Origin: an uncultured delta proteobacterium
GTDB taxonomy: Bacteria > Desulfobacterota > Syntrophia > Syntrophales > Smithellaceae
Direction: 5' to 3'
DNA length: 64,000 bases
NCBI GenBank assembly: GCA_963811325.1
Contig: CAWEQT010000001.1
Coordinates: 1,624,294 to 1,688,293 of the forward strand
This document shows positions 54,936-64,000 of the stretch, one piece after another (positions within the stretch are counted from its first letter, which is position 1; each line of letters begins with the position of its first letter). The notes under the pieces were generated by a model, which was given only the letters and a program-made list of their open reading frames with translations, had not been told where the DNA came from and made no database searches. The translations under genes were made by a program, and so were the position numbers.

Positions 54936-56627
54936 TCAATCCAGGCCCATTTGACCGCCGGGATTCATGATATTGCACGGATCGAAATGCTTCTTTAACG
55001 CGCGCAGAACAGCCATCTGTTCTTTTCCCAGGTGTGTTTCCATCCATGGGCCGATCATCCGGCCGACACCGTGGTGGTGGCTCAGCGATCCGCCGTATTT
55101 CTGAATATTGTCGATGATGCCTCGCTTGAATTTTTGGAATTCTTCGAGATCATTCATGTGCGCGATGAAAATAAAATAGAGATTTGTTCCCTGCGGGTAA
55201 AAGTGCGAGGCATGCGTCATGCACATCGTATCCGGCCGACTCTTGACATACGCGCGGACGCCCTCATGCACACGGTGGAGATTATCCCAGGTAACAGCGG
55301 CCTCCAGTGTATCGATCAAAATGTCGTAGTCGCCCAGATCCTCGCGCATGTACGGTTCGGTGTAGCGGGTGTGCTCCCATTTACGCGCGGCATAACCGCC
55401 CAGCGACATGGCGCCGTGCCTGCGGGCAATAGTTTTAATCTTTCGTGCTACCAGACATGTGTAGTCTTTGTCTCCTTCGACATTGCCTAAAGACAAACAA
55501 CGCTGCATAGGCTTAAACCCTCGCAGCATAAGAAACTTATCCACAAAGCCCGGCATGCCGTAGAGTTTCAATCCTCTGTCGGTTTCTTCAGGATCGGAGA
55601 TTCGATAGATGGCAGGTTTGCCGAATTCGGATTGCATGATTTCGCGGCTGGCGTTTACAGCAGCTTCCCAGGTGGGATACATGAAGCTGAAGCGGGCGCG
55701 GTTTTCGGGCATATAGCGGAAAATTTTCATAGTGACTTCAACCAGAATGCCGAAACAACCTTCCGAACCTTTCATAATATCGTTTACTTTCGGGCCGGTA
55801 GCCGTGGCCGGATAATCCAGGGTTTTAAATGTTCCGACAGGTGTAACATATTCCTGACTAAATACAATATCGTAAGCGTCGCCGTAATAAGTTGAAGCCT
55901 GTCCGGAACCTAATGTCACTATCCAGCCGCCCACCGTGGAATATTCAAAAGACTGCGGAAAGTGTCCGCAGCTATAGCGATGTATTGTATGGAAAATATC
56001 GGGAGCACGGTTGAGGGCATCTTCATAGGCCGGCCCGAACATCCCCGGTTGTATGCGCGCGGTCTGATTGAGTTCATTTATTTCCAGAAGCTTGTTCATG
56101 TGACTGCTGACCACCAGGGAAACGCCGCCCTTAGCCGGAAGGCAGCCGAAGTTGACGGATGAACCTCCGCTGAAGACCGTAATAGGGATTTGCTCCTTAT
56201 TACAGTAGGCCACTATTTGCTGTACATCATTCTTGTCGCGGGGATGCACAACCACATCCGCCACTTCATGGATAATGCCCTGGCGAAGTTCCATCATCTC
56301 TTCTGTAGTTTTTCCGGAAGCGAATTTTACGCGGCTGTAATTATCCAGCGCAACATTTTCTTTGCCAACAATAGCTTGCAGGGCCTCAATCTGATGCGAT
56401 TTAAACGCCGCTGGACGATTCAACACAACCGGTTCACGTCCTTCCTTACCTTTGCGGGCGAAGTCAGCGTCGCTTAGATGGAAATCCTGTTTCATCATGC
56501 TGTACCAGGTGGCGCTGGGATGTTTAAAATGCTGAGGATCGCCGTATTTAAAGATAGATCTGTATGTGCCTGAAGCCGGAGCTTTTTCTGTCCAATCCGG
56601 TTGGAAATTTTTGGATATCATCAGCAT
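54936..56627 (-). CDS. FAD-linked oxidase, alkyl-DHAP-synthase / YgcU-like
   Basis: FAD_binding_4-type core (VVVHPRDKNDVQQIV..C....IPITVFSGGSS), GHFPQS, and C-terminal HHHGVG......HLG......L..LK..FDP.NIMNPG. Confidence 0.8.
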   Translation of the reverse strand: MLMISKNFQPDWTEKAPASGTYRSIFKYGDPQHFKHPSATWYSMMKQDFHLSDADFARKGKEGREPVVLNRPAAFKSHQIEALQAIVGKENVALDNYSRVKFASGKTTEEMMELRQGIIHEVADVVVHPRDKNDVQQIVAYCNKEQIPITVFSGGSSVNFGCLPAKGGVSLVVSSHMNKLLEINELNQTARIQPGMFGPAYEDALNRAPDIFHTIHRYSCGHFPQSFEYSTVGGWIVTLGSGQASTYYGDAYDIVFSQEYVTPVGTFKTLDYPATATGPKVNDIMKGSEGCFGILVEVTMKIFRYMPENRARFSFMYPTWEAAVNASREIMQSEFGKPAIYRISDPEETDRGLKLYGMPGFVDKFLMLRGFKPMQRCLSLGNVEGDKDYTCLVARKIKTIARRHGAMSLGGYAARKWEHTRYTEPYMREDLGDYDILIDTLEAAVTWDNLHRVHEGVRAYVKSRPDTMCMTHASHFYPQGTNLYFIFIAHMNDLEEFQKFKRGIIDNIQKYGGSLSHHHGVGRMIGPWMETHLGKEQMAVLRALKKHFDPCNIMNPGGQMGLD

Positions 56628-56700
56628 GCCCTCCTTTTAGTTTGCCACGAACACTTGCATAAACTTCGCAATGACGAATAACACAAAATCCGTCTTTTAA

Positions 56701-58350
56701 CTACACCGGCAGTGTGAGCAGGTTACGTGTGTCTGAAATTTCCTGCTCAACTCTATTTTCGTCCCAATGCAATTCCATGGCGGCAATAGCCGCCACTTTG
56801 CGCAACACATCCTCGCCGGGATTGCCCAGAGTGCCGATGCCTGTTCGGCGCATAACAATATCGGATAAGGTGCGGGCCATTTCCTGACGTATGGCATAAA
56901 CCACCTCAGCCAGCAACTCGCCGTCGGCATTGAGTGTCTCGGCCAGAGCTTTATCCTCACGGACCAGCTTGAGGATTTCGGCATATTCAGCGCCGTAGTT
57001 GTGGCTCAGATAATTCATGGTAGGCGCGCCGAAATCTTTGTTTTTCTGCTCGACTTCTGCAAAAAAGGAACATAAATCCTTTATTTCGCATCCTGTCAGA
57101 TAATGTTCTTTGGTAATACTCTTACCCAGAGAACGTCCCATTTTTCCGGCCACAACCTTGAGGCAGTTCTCAGCCAGATTACGACTGGTCGTATACTTAC
57201 CACCCTCACAAGTGATCAGACCGTCGAGCCCGTCTATCTTGTTATCGTAAATCTCATACTTGCGCGAAGATGTATAAGTCTCCCCCGTATCCTGTTCCAC
57301 CAGCGGGCGCAGGCCGCCGTATGTATGCTTAACATCGGCATAAGAAAGCTTGCCATCGCCGAAGGAGGAATTGACATCGTCGATCAGTTCCATGATGCTT
57401 GTCTTGGTCACTTTATAATCATCGGGATTGCCGATGAAGGGCTTATCCGTGGTGCCGATAAGGGTATGATTGCGCCAGGGAATGAGGAAAAAATGACGTC
57501 CATCCGGAGTCATGGAACCAACCGTGTAATTACCGGAAAGCAGTTGTTTGGAAGTAATGATATGAATGCCCTCCGACCTGCGCAATGTTCCGCTGACGTT
57601 GCCGTTTGATTTGGCAAGTCCTAAAACGATATCCGCCCATGGTCCGCCGCAGTTGACGGTTACAGTGGCTGACACCCAATGCATTTTATTTTCCAGAAGA
57701 TCTTTTACCAAAACGCCGGTTACGTTATTATCAGCGCCCATTAAAAAACCTTCCACCTTGGAATAATTGGCAACTTTGGCGCCATAGGCTACGGCGGATT
57801 TGATAAAGGCCAGCGTCAGCCGCTCCGGAAAAATGCTGTTGCAGTCATAGAAAACCGATGCTCCGGTGAGTTCTTTAGTGCGCACATGAGGTTCGCTTTG
57901 CATGACCTTTTCTTTGGATATAGTTCTGTGCATGGGGATTTTTTTACATCTATCCCAGGTAAAATTCTTGTCATAGGACAATAAATCGTACATCATCATA
58001 CCGATTTTTGCGACCCATTTATTGTTCTTGAACGGCGTCTTGTAATGTACCATCATCATTGGCCACGGATAGACGAAATTGGGAGCTATATTCTCCAGCA
58101 CCCGGCGTTCACGCAGCGACTCGCGCACCAGCCCCACTTCACCGTTTACCAAATATCTCAGGCCTCCGTGTATCATCTTGGAGGTGACGGCGGATGTTGC
58201 CCAGGAGAAATCCTTCTTCTCCAGCAGCGCCACTTTCAATCCTCTTGTGGCCGCTTCATAAGCAACCGAGGCGCCGGTAATGCCGCCACCGATTACGAGA
58301 ACATCAAAATGTTCGTTAGTATGATTTTCTATAAATCGTTCCATATTCAT
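56701..58350 (-). CDS. FAD-dependent glycerol-3-phosphate dehydrogenase/oxidase-like (GlpD/GlpA family)
   Basis: FDVLVIGGGITGASVAYEAATRGLKVALLEKKDF dinucleotide fold, ...SSKMIHGGLRY. 549 aa with the C-terminal helical domain. Confidence 0.85.
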   Translation of the reverse strand: MNMERFIENHTNEHFDVLVIGGGITGASVAYEAATRGLKVALLEKKDFSWATSAVTSKMIHGGLRYLVNGEVGLVRESLRERRVLENIAPNFVYPWPMMMVHYKTPFKNNKWVAKIGMMMYDLLSYDKNFTWDRCKKIPMHRTISKEKVMQSEPHVRTKELTGASVFYDCNSIFPERLTLAFIKSAVAYGAKVANYSKVEGFLMGADNNVTGVLVKDLLENKMHWVSATVTVNCGGPWADIVLGLAKSNGNVSGTLRRSEGIHIITSKQLLSGNYTVGSMTPDGRHFFLIPWRNHTLIGTTDKPFIGNPDDYKVTKTSIMELIDDVNSSFGDGKLSYADVKHTYGGLRPLVEQDTGETYTSSRKYEIYDNKIDGLDGLITCEGGKYTTSRNLAENCLKVVAGKMGRSLGKSITKEHYLTGCEIKDLCSFFAEVEQKNKDFGAPTMNYLSHNYGAEYAEILKLVREDKALAETLNADGELLAEVVYAIRQEMARTLSDIVMRRTGIGTLGNPGEDVLRKVAAIAAMELHWDENRVEQEISDTRNLLTLPV

Positions 58351-58358
58351 TGCTCCTT

Positions 58359-59090
58359 TTATCGCTTGTTATACAGATTGGCCTTTACGGCTTCTTCCGC
58401 ATAAATGAGCACATCATGCATGATCCGATGGGCGGCCTGGGGCTTTCTCGCTTTGATGGCTTCATAGATTTCCTTGTGGAAGACGCGGGAACGCTCAACG
58501 TTTTGCTCGTCATCAAAATAAAGATAACCGTAATCCCGGAAAACCTGATTGAAGAAATTAAGGCTTATCGTGCAAACCAGGTTATGAGTAGCGCGGGCGA
58601 TGATCTGGTGCACCCTGATATCCCGTTCCAGCATGTTCAGGTCTGCTTTGGAGATAACCTGCTTTAGCTCCTTAAGGTCGGCTGTGGTGCGTCTCTGCGC
58701 GGCCATATAAGCCATCTGAGGCACCACATATCTACGCGTCTCTAAAATATTAGAAATTATTTCCTTGCCCTCATCCATATTCAGAGCGGCCTTGATAAGA
58801 TCAAAATTGCCGCTTTCCAGATAGTTCTTTGCATACAATCCGTCACCGTGACGGATTTCAACCAGATCGATGTTCTCGAGTTTGCGCAATGCCTCGCGCA
58901 CTGTAGCGCGGTTGACATTAAAAGTCTGAGCCATTTCCCGTTCGGGAGGAAGTTTGCTCCCCGGAGGGATTGTGCCATTCATGATCTGTTTCTGAATAAC
59001 GGTTACAATTTCTTCGTGGAGTCTTGAACGTGTAATTGGCTGAGCAAAAACCTTTTTAGCCGTCATTATGTTTATCCTTCCTTGCCCCAT
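58359..59090 (-). CDS. GntR-family (FadR/FCD subfamily) transcriptional regulator
   Basis: wHTH LPPEREMAQTFNVNRATVREALRKLE plus a helical FCD-type C-domain. Confidence 0.85.
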   Translation of the reverse strand: MGQGRINIMTAKKVFAQPITRSRLHEEIVTVIQKQIMNGTIPPGSKLPPEREMAQTFNVNRATVREALRKLENIDLVEIRHGDGLYAKNYLESGNFDLIKAALNMDEGKEIISNILETRRYVVPQMAYMAAQRRTTADLKELKQVISKADLNMLERDIRVHQIIARATHNLVCTISLNFFNQVFRDYGYLYFDDEQNVERSRVFHKEIYEAIKARKPQAAHRIMHDVLIYAEEAVKANLYNKR

Positions 59091-59094
59091 CCTT

Positions 59095-59117
59095 ATTGGT
59101 TGGGTGGTTCAACCAAT
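59095..59117. promoter_or_regulatory. candidate GntR operator
   Basis: ATTGGTTG-N7-CAACCAAT with the inner perfect palindrome TGGTT-C-AACCA (59105-59115), 5 nt upstream of the gntR-type start codon. Fits the GT-N-AC core typical of the family. Confidence 0.5.
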
Positions 59118-59521
59118 ATACAATTATTAAACAAATGTCAAGGAGTTTTATTTGGGAGAATTCAGACCATTACACCCATTGCGAGCCGTCTCTTAGACGG
59201 CGTGGAATCCCGACGCATAGACTTTGTAGTAATTAACTTTCCTGTAATGGCTGCTTTTGTGTCCCTCGCTGGCGGGGTTTTAAGAGGAATGTTACGGTAA
59301 TTTCATCGTAGAAAGCGTTTTCCCAAATGTGCCGCGCTTTGGAGAGGATCTGGAAGCAGTCCCTAAAATACCCACCTCCGTCACATTGTGACACCTAGGC
59401 ATGCGGAGGTTATGTACTGTCATTATCTGATATTGCGGCACAGTCTTGAAGGCGGCAATCCGGAAACATTAAACTAAATACGATCGCCTCTGATTATTCC
59501 ACTATTTATATGCGGGGAATC

Positions 59522-60019
59522 TCAATACAAAGGCAACCAGCAAACTCTGGGATTTTTCTTCCTTTCCTGCATACGCAGTTGACCCGCCGCGAACTCCTGC
59601 CTTTCCGCCTCGTTTTGCAAATCAAGCTGCGGGATTGGTTTAGGCGTCATCGTTGTTTGGTCCAGAGCTACCAATATAAAGTAGGCGGTCATACAGCATT
59701 GCCGGGTGCCCTGTAGCATGTCCTCCGCGTCAATATTTACCGCTATCTCCATAGAACGGTTAGATACACAGGTAAGATGGGCATGACAGATGACCAAATT
59801 GCCCAAGAATACAGGGGCGTAAAAATTTACGTTGTCAACGCCGGCGGTAACAACGATGGAACGCGAATATTTAACGGCACAGGCGCCGGCCGCGCTATCC
59901 ATTATTTTCAGCAATTCTCCGCCGTGGGCGTTTCCGAGAGCGTTAGTATGGGCAGGCAAAATAATTTCACTTAGAATAACGGCTGACTCCGCAATTGTTT
60001 TGGGCGCTAATTCCGTCAT
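59522..60019 (-). CDS. acyl-CoA thioesterase (hotdog fold, YciA/BFIT type)
   Basis: LPAHTNALGNAHGGELLKIMDSAAG...VVTAGVDNVNF. Start taken at MTELAPK, 5 nt after GGAGGTG; the ORF opens at 60031. Confidence 0.8.
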   Translation of the reverse strand: MTELAPKTIAESAVILSEIILPAHTNALGNAHGGELLKIMDSAAGACAVKYSRSIVVTAGVDNVNFYAPVFLGNLVICHAHLTCVSNRSMEIAVNIDAEDMLQGTRQCCMTAYFILVALDQTTMTPKPIPQLDLQNEAERQEFAAGQLRMQERKKNPRVCWLPLY

Positions 60020-60122
60020 AATCACCTCCATATATATTTATTTTATCCCAGATATTTGTTTTGAGCAATAATAACTAAAAAGCAGATTGGCCGTGTCATA
60101 AATTTGCGGAACCTTTCTGCAA

Positions 60123-60947
60123 TCAACGCCATGCAATAAGGGGCTCGTTGCGCATGGGTATCCGATGATAGCTGTATTGGGGATATCCCAGCATCACCCC
60201 TCCAAAGCATTTATGACCTACAGGCAAATCTAATGCTTTGATCAGTGGTTCGTGCAAACCGGCAACTGTTGTGAAATAACCGGCCCAGCAGGTTCCCAGG
60301 CCTTTAGCATGGGCATAGAGTTCCAGATAAGTGAGCGCAATTGCGCAATCCGCCGCGGGAAAAGACAGATCAGTAGGGCAATGAGCCACAATTAAGTGCG
60401 GCGCTCCTCGCAAAACGCGATCTCTGCCGTTATCCCAGGCATCGACGAGTCGCCGAAAACGCCGGGCGCTTGCTTCATCCGTTGTAATGGGAAGCATAAT
60501 CTTCATGAAATCAACGACCATCTCAGCCAGTTTGTGGACATCTTCGGGATTCCGAAAAACAGTCCAATGCACTTGCTGCTTGTTGCTGCCGGTGTGCGCA
60601 TATCGTGCCGTGTTAATCAACTCGGCAAGGAGTTTACGGGAGACGACTTTCCCCTTATACTGGCGGATAGAACGCCATGCCCGAAGAAATTGCTTCAATG
60701 TATCGGCGTCCGGAAAAAGGTATTTTTGAATTGGCGGACAGGCGTCAAGGGGCATTGTGGATAGCGTAAGCGCCCCATAAGGACACACAGCCACGCAATG
60801 TCCGCAGTTAATGCAGAATTCCTCGCCATTTTCTATCAGAGTCGGAAAGGATTTCTTGTCAGACTGGACAATGATTTGTGACGGACATTCCGCCGCGCAG
60901 ATACCGTCCCGTTTACATTTTTCTTGATCAATATTGAATAGCGACAT
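60123..60947 (-). CDS. 2x[4Fe-4S] ferredoxin domain fused to a nitroreductase-family domain
   Basis: CKRDGICAAECP and CINCGHCVAVCP motifs, then R.SIRQY....V......L......AHTGSN.Q...W. Start at MSLFNID after AAGGGGAG; the ORF opens at 61097. Confidence 0.8.
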   Translation of the reverse strand: MSLFNIDQEKCKRDGICAAECPSQIIVQSDKKSFPTLIENGEEFCINCGHCVAVCPYGALTLSTMPLDACPPIQKYLFPDADTLKQFLRAWRSIRQYKGKVVSRKLLAELINTARYAHTGSNKQQVHWTVFRNPEDVHKLAEMVVDFMKIMLPITTDEASARRFRRLVDAWDNGRDRVLRGAPHLIVAHCPTDLSFPAADCAIALTYLELYAHAKGLGTCWAGYFTTVAGLHEPLIKALDLPVGHKCFGGVMLGYPQYSYHRIPMRNEPLIAWR

Positions 60948-61429
60948 GTTGACTCCCCTTTCATCAAAAGTTTTTAATTCGGCGGCGAGCAAACGCCTTC
61001 GCGAGCTTCGGGGTATATGTACCCTTACATGTTGTCGGTGCTTCTTAAAATGCTTAATACCTGAACGTTCGCAGCCGTCATTTTTCATTCTCCCCATTAA
61101 TAAGATATTACTTAGTTATAGCTATCATTCCCGAACAGTCTCAATGACCGGGGGATTTTAATCCAGACCACAGGATTTCTGATTTTATTCGCAACAAGTT
61201 AATTCTTAATGATAAATAAAGACATAAACGATATTTCATATATATTCGAGGGAAAGCATAATGTCAAACATTTCTAAAGCTGAAATGTTTTTCTCTAATC
61301 AAGGTTAGAAATGCAACATTTTATCCCGGAATGATCAAAAAAATCTTTAAAATTGAGACTTAAACTATGATAAGTTACATGACCATGTCATAATTATATG
61401 CCAGCGACAAAAAGGAAAGGAAACGGAAA

Positions 61430-62905
61430 ATGAGTTCAACCGACAACCAACACAAATCTATACTACAGCGTATCGCCAGGAGAATAATGATTGAGAAAGG
61501 ATTGCTTCCGGACTTTTCCGCTGAATTACTTGCTGAACTTACCATGATTCAAAATCCGTCAACACAAGATGATGGAAAGGTTCGAGACCTGAGGAATCTT
61601 TTATGGGCTTCCATTGATAATGATGACTCTCTTGACCTGGATCAGCTTACAGTTGCCGAGGCGATGCCCGGAGAGACAGTAAAGATTCTTGTTGGCGTGG
61701 CTGACGTGGACTCAATCGCCAAGAAAAGCTCAGCAATTGATAATCATGCTTACCATAATACTACCTCTGTATATACGGCTGCCGAGATATTCCCGATGCT
61801 CCCCGAAAAACTTTCCACCAACCTCACCTCATTGAACTTCAATGAGGATCGACCGGCTATTGTCGTCGAAATGGTGATTGGCGGAGATGGATCTATCCAG
61901 GCCTCTGATATCTACAGAGCGCATGTCCGCAATCATGCAAAGCTTGCATATAACAGCGTGGCAGCATGGCTGGAAGGTAAAGGAACTATACCTAATGCCA
62001 TTACTGCCGTAAATGGACTCGCCGATAATCTACGGATACAAGATACGGTAGCACAAAGCATGAAGAATCTCCGGCACGTTCACGGAGCCCTTAGTCTTGA
62101 AACTATTGAGGTGAAACCGATATTCGAAGGCGATGAAATCCGTGATTTCGAAACGGAAAAAAAGAATCGCGCAAAGGACATTATTGAGAATTTTATGATA
62201 GCGGCCAATGGCGTGGCTGCCCAGTATCTCTCTTCAAAAAAATTACCTTCCCTTCGTCGAGTTGTTCGCATTCCGAAACGATGGGAACGGATTGTCGATC
62301 TTGCCGCTGAACATGGGTCAAATCTTCCTCATAATCCAGATGCAAAAGCGTTGGACAAGTTTCTGATGAAGGAAAAAGAAAGTGATCCGATAAGATTTCC
62401 CGATCTCTCGCTTTCAATCATCAAACTTATGGGAGCTGGTGAATACGTTGCAGAAATTCCGGGAAACGCTATCCCCCCCGGGCACTTTGGTCTTGCTGTC
62501 AGGGACTATACTCATTCCACAGCTCCTAATCGCCGATATATTGATCTTATCACACAACGCTTATTGAAAGCTGCCATAGAAGGAGAAACTTTGTCATATA
62601 GCAATAATGAACTGGAATCTTTGGCTCAACATTGCACAGAAGGAGAAGATTCCGCTAATAAAGTGGAAAGGCAGGTCAGCAAGTCGGCAGCAGCAATGTT
62701 GCTTGAGTCAAGAATTGGGGAACAATTCGATGCTATCGTTACTGGTGCAGCACCCAAAGGTACTTGGGTTCGTATTTTTCATCCTCCTATTGAAGGAAAG
62801 CTGGTACAGGGCTTCGAAGATATTGACGTGGGTCATAGAATTCGCGTGCAACTGATTCATGCGGATGTGGAGCATGGATTCATTGATTTTAAGCGAATTA
62901 TCTGA
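61430..62905 (+). CDS. RNB-domain 3'-5' exoribonuclease (RNase II/R family, short form)
   Basis: SIDNDDSLDLDQ, catalytic-region pattern ...YHNTTSVYT...FPMLPE, HFGLAV..YTHSTAPNRRY.DL..QR, and a C-terminal S1-like domain. Confidence 0.8.
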   Translation: MSSTDNQHKSILQRIARRIMIEKGLLPDFSAELLAELTMIQNPSTQDDGKVRDLRNLLWASIDNDDSLDLDQLTVAEAMPGETVKILVGVADVDSIAKKSSAIDNHAYHNTTSVYTAAEIFPMLPEKLSTNLTSLNFNEDRPAIVVEMVIGGDGSIQASDIYRAHVRNHAKLAYNSVAAWLEGKGTIPNAITAVNGLADNLRIQDTVAQSMKNLRHVHGALSLETIEVKPIFEGDEIRDFETEKKNRAKDIIENFMIAANGVAAQYLSSKKLPSLRRVVRIPKRWERIVDLAAEHGSNLPHNPDAKALDKFLMKEKESDPIRFPDLSLSIIKLMGAGEYVAEIPGNAIPPGHFGLAVRDYTHSTAPNRRYIDLITQRLLKAAIEGETLSYSNNELESLAQHCTEGEDSANKVERQVSKSAAAMLLESRIGEQFDAIVTGAAPKGTWVRIFHPPIEGKLVQGFEDIDVGHRIRVQLIHADVEHGFIDFKRII

Positions 62906-63101
62906 TTGATTCATAGAGCGTCCGGTTTAGAAAATTAATTTTATGAACTAAATAGTCTATTGAAATTACATAGACACAAAACTATGTGACCATATTTCCA
63001 GGTTGGAATAAATACTGTATACTGGCCTTTGTAATCTAAATAACCGCATAACGGGGTGAAATCTTTATACTTGAGGGATAACCGGCGCTAGAATATTTTC
63101 A

Positions 63102-63704
63102 TCATTTCTTTGCGGGTAAAAACGGCCTGAATCCATTTTTAATGATTTCGCTGGAGTTTAGAGTTAAATCTTCGAGCGACATTTTTATTTTGTGATTAAA
63201 CCAATCCTGATACAGGCCGACCAACCCTGAAGTATACAAATTGACACAAATTATAAACTGCTCTTTGTTCTTAATAGTCGACATCTTCTTTTCATCACTT
63301 AATATTTTATTTATAAGGAGTGTCTTTAGTGTATTCGAAAAAGCCATGGAACGTTGCGAATTAATCAACACGCGATAAAATTCCAAATCGTCTTCCAGAA
63401 AGCGCGCGATATGCGTAAAAAACGGCAAAGGATTTTCAATCATCCATGTGCTTTTAAATTCATCAAGAAATTTAAGTAAAGATGACAAGATCTCGTTTAC
63501 GATTTGTTCTGATACATCCATTATACTTTTATAGTGGGCATAAAAGGTCCCTCTGTTAATATCAGCCCTGGTGACAACGTCTATTATGGTAATTTTGTCG
63601 ACATCCTTTTCCTGTATCAACTCCACATAAGCCTGCTTGATCAATTTTCTGGATCGAACAGCGCTGCGGTATTCTGCCTTTACTTGCATTGCCTTTCCGC
63701 TCAT
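63102..63704 (-). CDS. TetR-family transcriptional regulator
   Basis: N-terminal HTH: KQAYVELIQEKDVDKITIIDVVTRADINRGTFYAHYKS. Start at MSGKAM after AGGAGA. Confidence 0.85.
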   Translation of the reverse strand: MSGKAMQVKAEYRSAVRSRKLIKQAYVELIQEKDVDKITIIDVVTRADINRGTFYAHYKSIMDVSEQIVNEILSSLLKFLDEFKSTWMIENPLPFFTHIARFLEDDLEFYRVLINSQRSMAFSNTLKTLLINKILSDEKKMSTIKNKEQFIICVNLYTSGLVGLYQDWFNHKIKMSLEDLTLNSSEIIKNGFRPFLPAKK

Positions 63705-63757
63705 TTTTATTCTCCTGTAAAAATTTTTACCCAAAGCCAGACACAAATATCAATATG

Positions 63758-63773
63758 TGTTCAATATTGAACA
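63758..63773. promoter_or_regulatory. candidate TetR operator
   Basis: Perfect 16-bp palindrome TGTTCAATATTGAACA, ~55 nt upstream of the TetR start. Confidence 0.5.
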
Positions 63774-63884
63774 ATATCGCAAAATATTGACTATTGACTT
63801 TGACACAAGTGCACTATATTATACTTACGTTGAAAAGTCAACGTTTGTTTTATTTTGATAAACTTTTTTCAACACTTTCTATTT

Positions 63885-63927
63885 GAGGGAGGGAGAATTT
63901 AATAAGAGAGTAAATTCTCCCTCCCTC
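63885..63927. other. perfect 17-bp stem / 9-nt loop hairpin
   Basis: GAGGGAGGGAGAATTTA-ATAAGAGAG-TAAATTCTCCCTCCCTC. Function unknown; the window ends 73 nt later. Confidence 0.5.
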
Positions 63928-64000
63928 ACTCCTCTGCCTTGAATAACCTATGCCGCGGACAATTTTTTGTCAGCAGGTGAATTCATGGTAGTTGACTGTT

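Overview
AT-rich bacterial chromosomal window. The gene content suggests an anaerobe (two rubrerythrin-type genes, a ferredoxin-nitroreductase fusion, DUF362, a minimal SufC/SufBD pair); I cannot assign taxonomy from sequence alone.

Layout:
- 1-4.1 kb: decayed accessory DNA (PEP-CTERM fragment, frameshifted IS110 remnant, SAM methyltransferase, LuxR-type regulator).
- 4.06-16.85 kb: integration hotspot at a minus-strand tRNA cluster (Lys-CTT, Arg-TCG, His-GTG, Arg-TCT). It holds two complete att-flanked small integrative elements back to back, plus an orphan 3' fragment of tRNA-Leu(TAA). Each element carries an RHH regulator, a rolling-circle-type Rep and a tyrosine integrase. Cargo is an M-R restriction-modification pair on one and HigBA plus three unknown genes on the other.
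- 17-35 kb: core genes (DUF5648-repeat secreted protein, dprA-topA-trmFO, NDK-like, thiamine genes TPK/thiD/thiC, CCA-adding enzyme, SPOR-NlpC/P60 lipoprotein, an unannotated 46-aa Lys/Ala-rich histone-H1-like ORF, sufC/sufBD, rfbB).
- 34.6-64 kb: mixed metabolic and regulatory genes (divergent PilT-like ATPase, rubrerythrin, Na/Pi-PhoU transporter, ABC-F, complete IS110 element, IS3 remnant, hydrolases, mgsA, Hpt-response regulator, MoxR-VWA, amidase). A GntR-headed operon follows (GlpD-like, AGPS/YgcU-like FAD oxidase, DUF362, FGGY kinase), then thioesterase, nitroreductase, RNB ribonuclease and TetR.

Most unusual non-genic signal: a dispersed, modular, hairpin-rich intergenic repeat family with seven copies between 30.5 and 52 kb. 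It shows compensatory outer stems, and an internal two-hairpin module is found in both orientations relative to the arms. A second ~110-nt repeat sits where a TPP riboswitch would be expected upstream of thiC.

All functional calls are motif recognition by eye on the supplied translations; no database search was run. Coordinates of non-CDS features may be off by 1-2 nt.
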